From Candidatus Helarchaeota ASGARD archaeon Hel_GB_B (lineage in GTDB: Archaea > Asgardarchaeota > Lokiarchaeia > Helarchaeales > HEL-GB-B): DNA of 15,433 bases. Position 1 is the stretch's first letter, and each line of letters begins with the position of its first letter. This document shows positions 14,726 to 15,433 of the stretch, one piece after another. The notes under the pieces were generated by a model, which was given only the letters and a program-made list of their open reading frames with translations, was not told the origin of the DNA and searched no databases. The stretch covers positions 1 to 15,433 of the forward strand of contig SUPR01000082.1 of assembly GCA_005191425.1 (NCBI GenBank). Direction: 5' to 3'. Position numbers and translations under genes: made by a program.

Positions 14726-15433
14726 ATGAAGAAGATTTTAGTTATAGGTGCTGCTGGATTATTAGGCCAAAAAATCTTTGAATATGGTCGAAAACAATTT
14801 GATGTCCTCTTAGGAGACATAAATTATTTTGAATTTTTACCTAAAGAAAAATACTTCAACATAGATATTACAGACCCAACCATTACAAATAAAAAGATTT
14901 CTGAACTTAATCCTGAATGGGTTATTCTTACAGCAGCTATGACAAATGTTGATCAATGTGAAATAAATAAAGAATTAAGTTACAAAGTCAATGTTATTGG
15001 CCCTAAAAATGTGGCTACTGCAGCTAAAAAAATTGGTTCTCAATTGATTTATATATCTACAGATTTTGTATTTGATGGAAAGAAAAAACTATATAATGAA
15101 AATGACCAGCCAAATCCACTCAGTAATTATGGTAAGACCAAATTAAATGGTGAATTAGAAGTAAAAAGAATTGATATTGATAATTTAATTGTAAGGACAA
15201 GTGTCCTTTTTGGGTGGAATTTAGACCCAAATAATTTTAATTATGTTGCGTGGATATATAATAAATTAAAAAGTAATGAAAATATACAAATCACTAACTC
15301 ACAATGGAATACTCCTACTCTAGCTGATAATTTAGCTCAAGCAATTTTAATGGCTATTAATAAAAAATTAATGGGATTATATCATATGTGTGGCTCGGAA
15401 TGTATTAATCGCTATGATTTCGCTTTAAAAGTT
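14726..15433 (+). CDS. rmlD: dTDP-4-dehydrorhamnose reductase (3'-truncated by window edge)
   Basis: Not in the ORF track. From ATG 14726: MKKILVIGAAGLLGQ...AAMTNVDQCE...ISTDFVFDG...PNPLSNYGKTKLNGE...RTS; open to the window end. Confidence 0.95.
   Translation, partial: MKKILVIGAAGLLGQKIFEYGRKQFDVLLGDINYFEFLPKEKYFNIDITDPTITNKKISELNPEWVILTAAMTNVDQCEINKELSYKVNVIGPKNVATAAKKIGSQLIYISTDFVFDGKKKLYNENDQPNPLSNYGKTKLNGELEVKRIDIDNLIVRTSVLFGWNLDPNNFNYVAWIYNKLKSNENIQITNSQWNTPTLADNLAQAILMAINKKLMGLYHMCGSECINRYDFALKV

Overview
AT-rich archaeal core-genome window with no CRISPR array, transposase or integrase. The lineage cannot be fixed from sequence alone; TACK/Asgard-like is an inference. The left part holds rnp4 (Rpp21) and a truncated yhbY/CRM gene plus five tRNA genes: Gly-TCC, Gly-GCC, Val-GAC, Phe-GAA and Ala-GGC. 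All five tRNAs are interrupted, by seven bulge-helix-bulge (BHB)-type introns in total, six at non-canonical positions (15/16 twice, 22/23, 45/46, 59/60 twice). The middle holds the conserved psmB-aCPSF1-PUA-Lsm-L37e cluster, UPF0179, a long FKBP, nop2-nip7, cyaB and hypC. The right part is a surface glycosylation region: two sequon-rich membrane proteins, UDP-xylose synthase and rmlC-rmlB-rmlD. The most interesting signals are the dense non-canonical tRNA introns (two look related despite different positions), the degenerate canonical Phe intron, a propeptide-less proteasome beta subunit and an FKBP with a degenerate active site.
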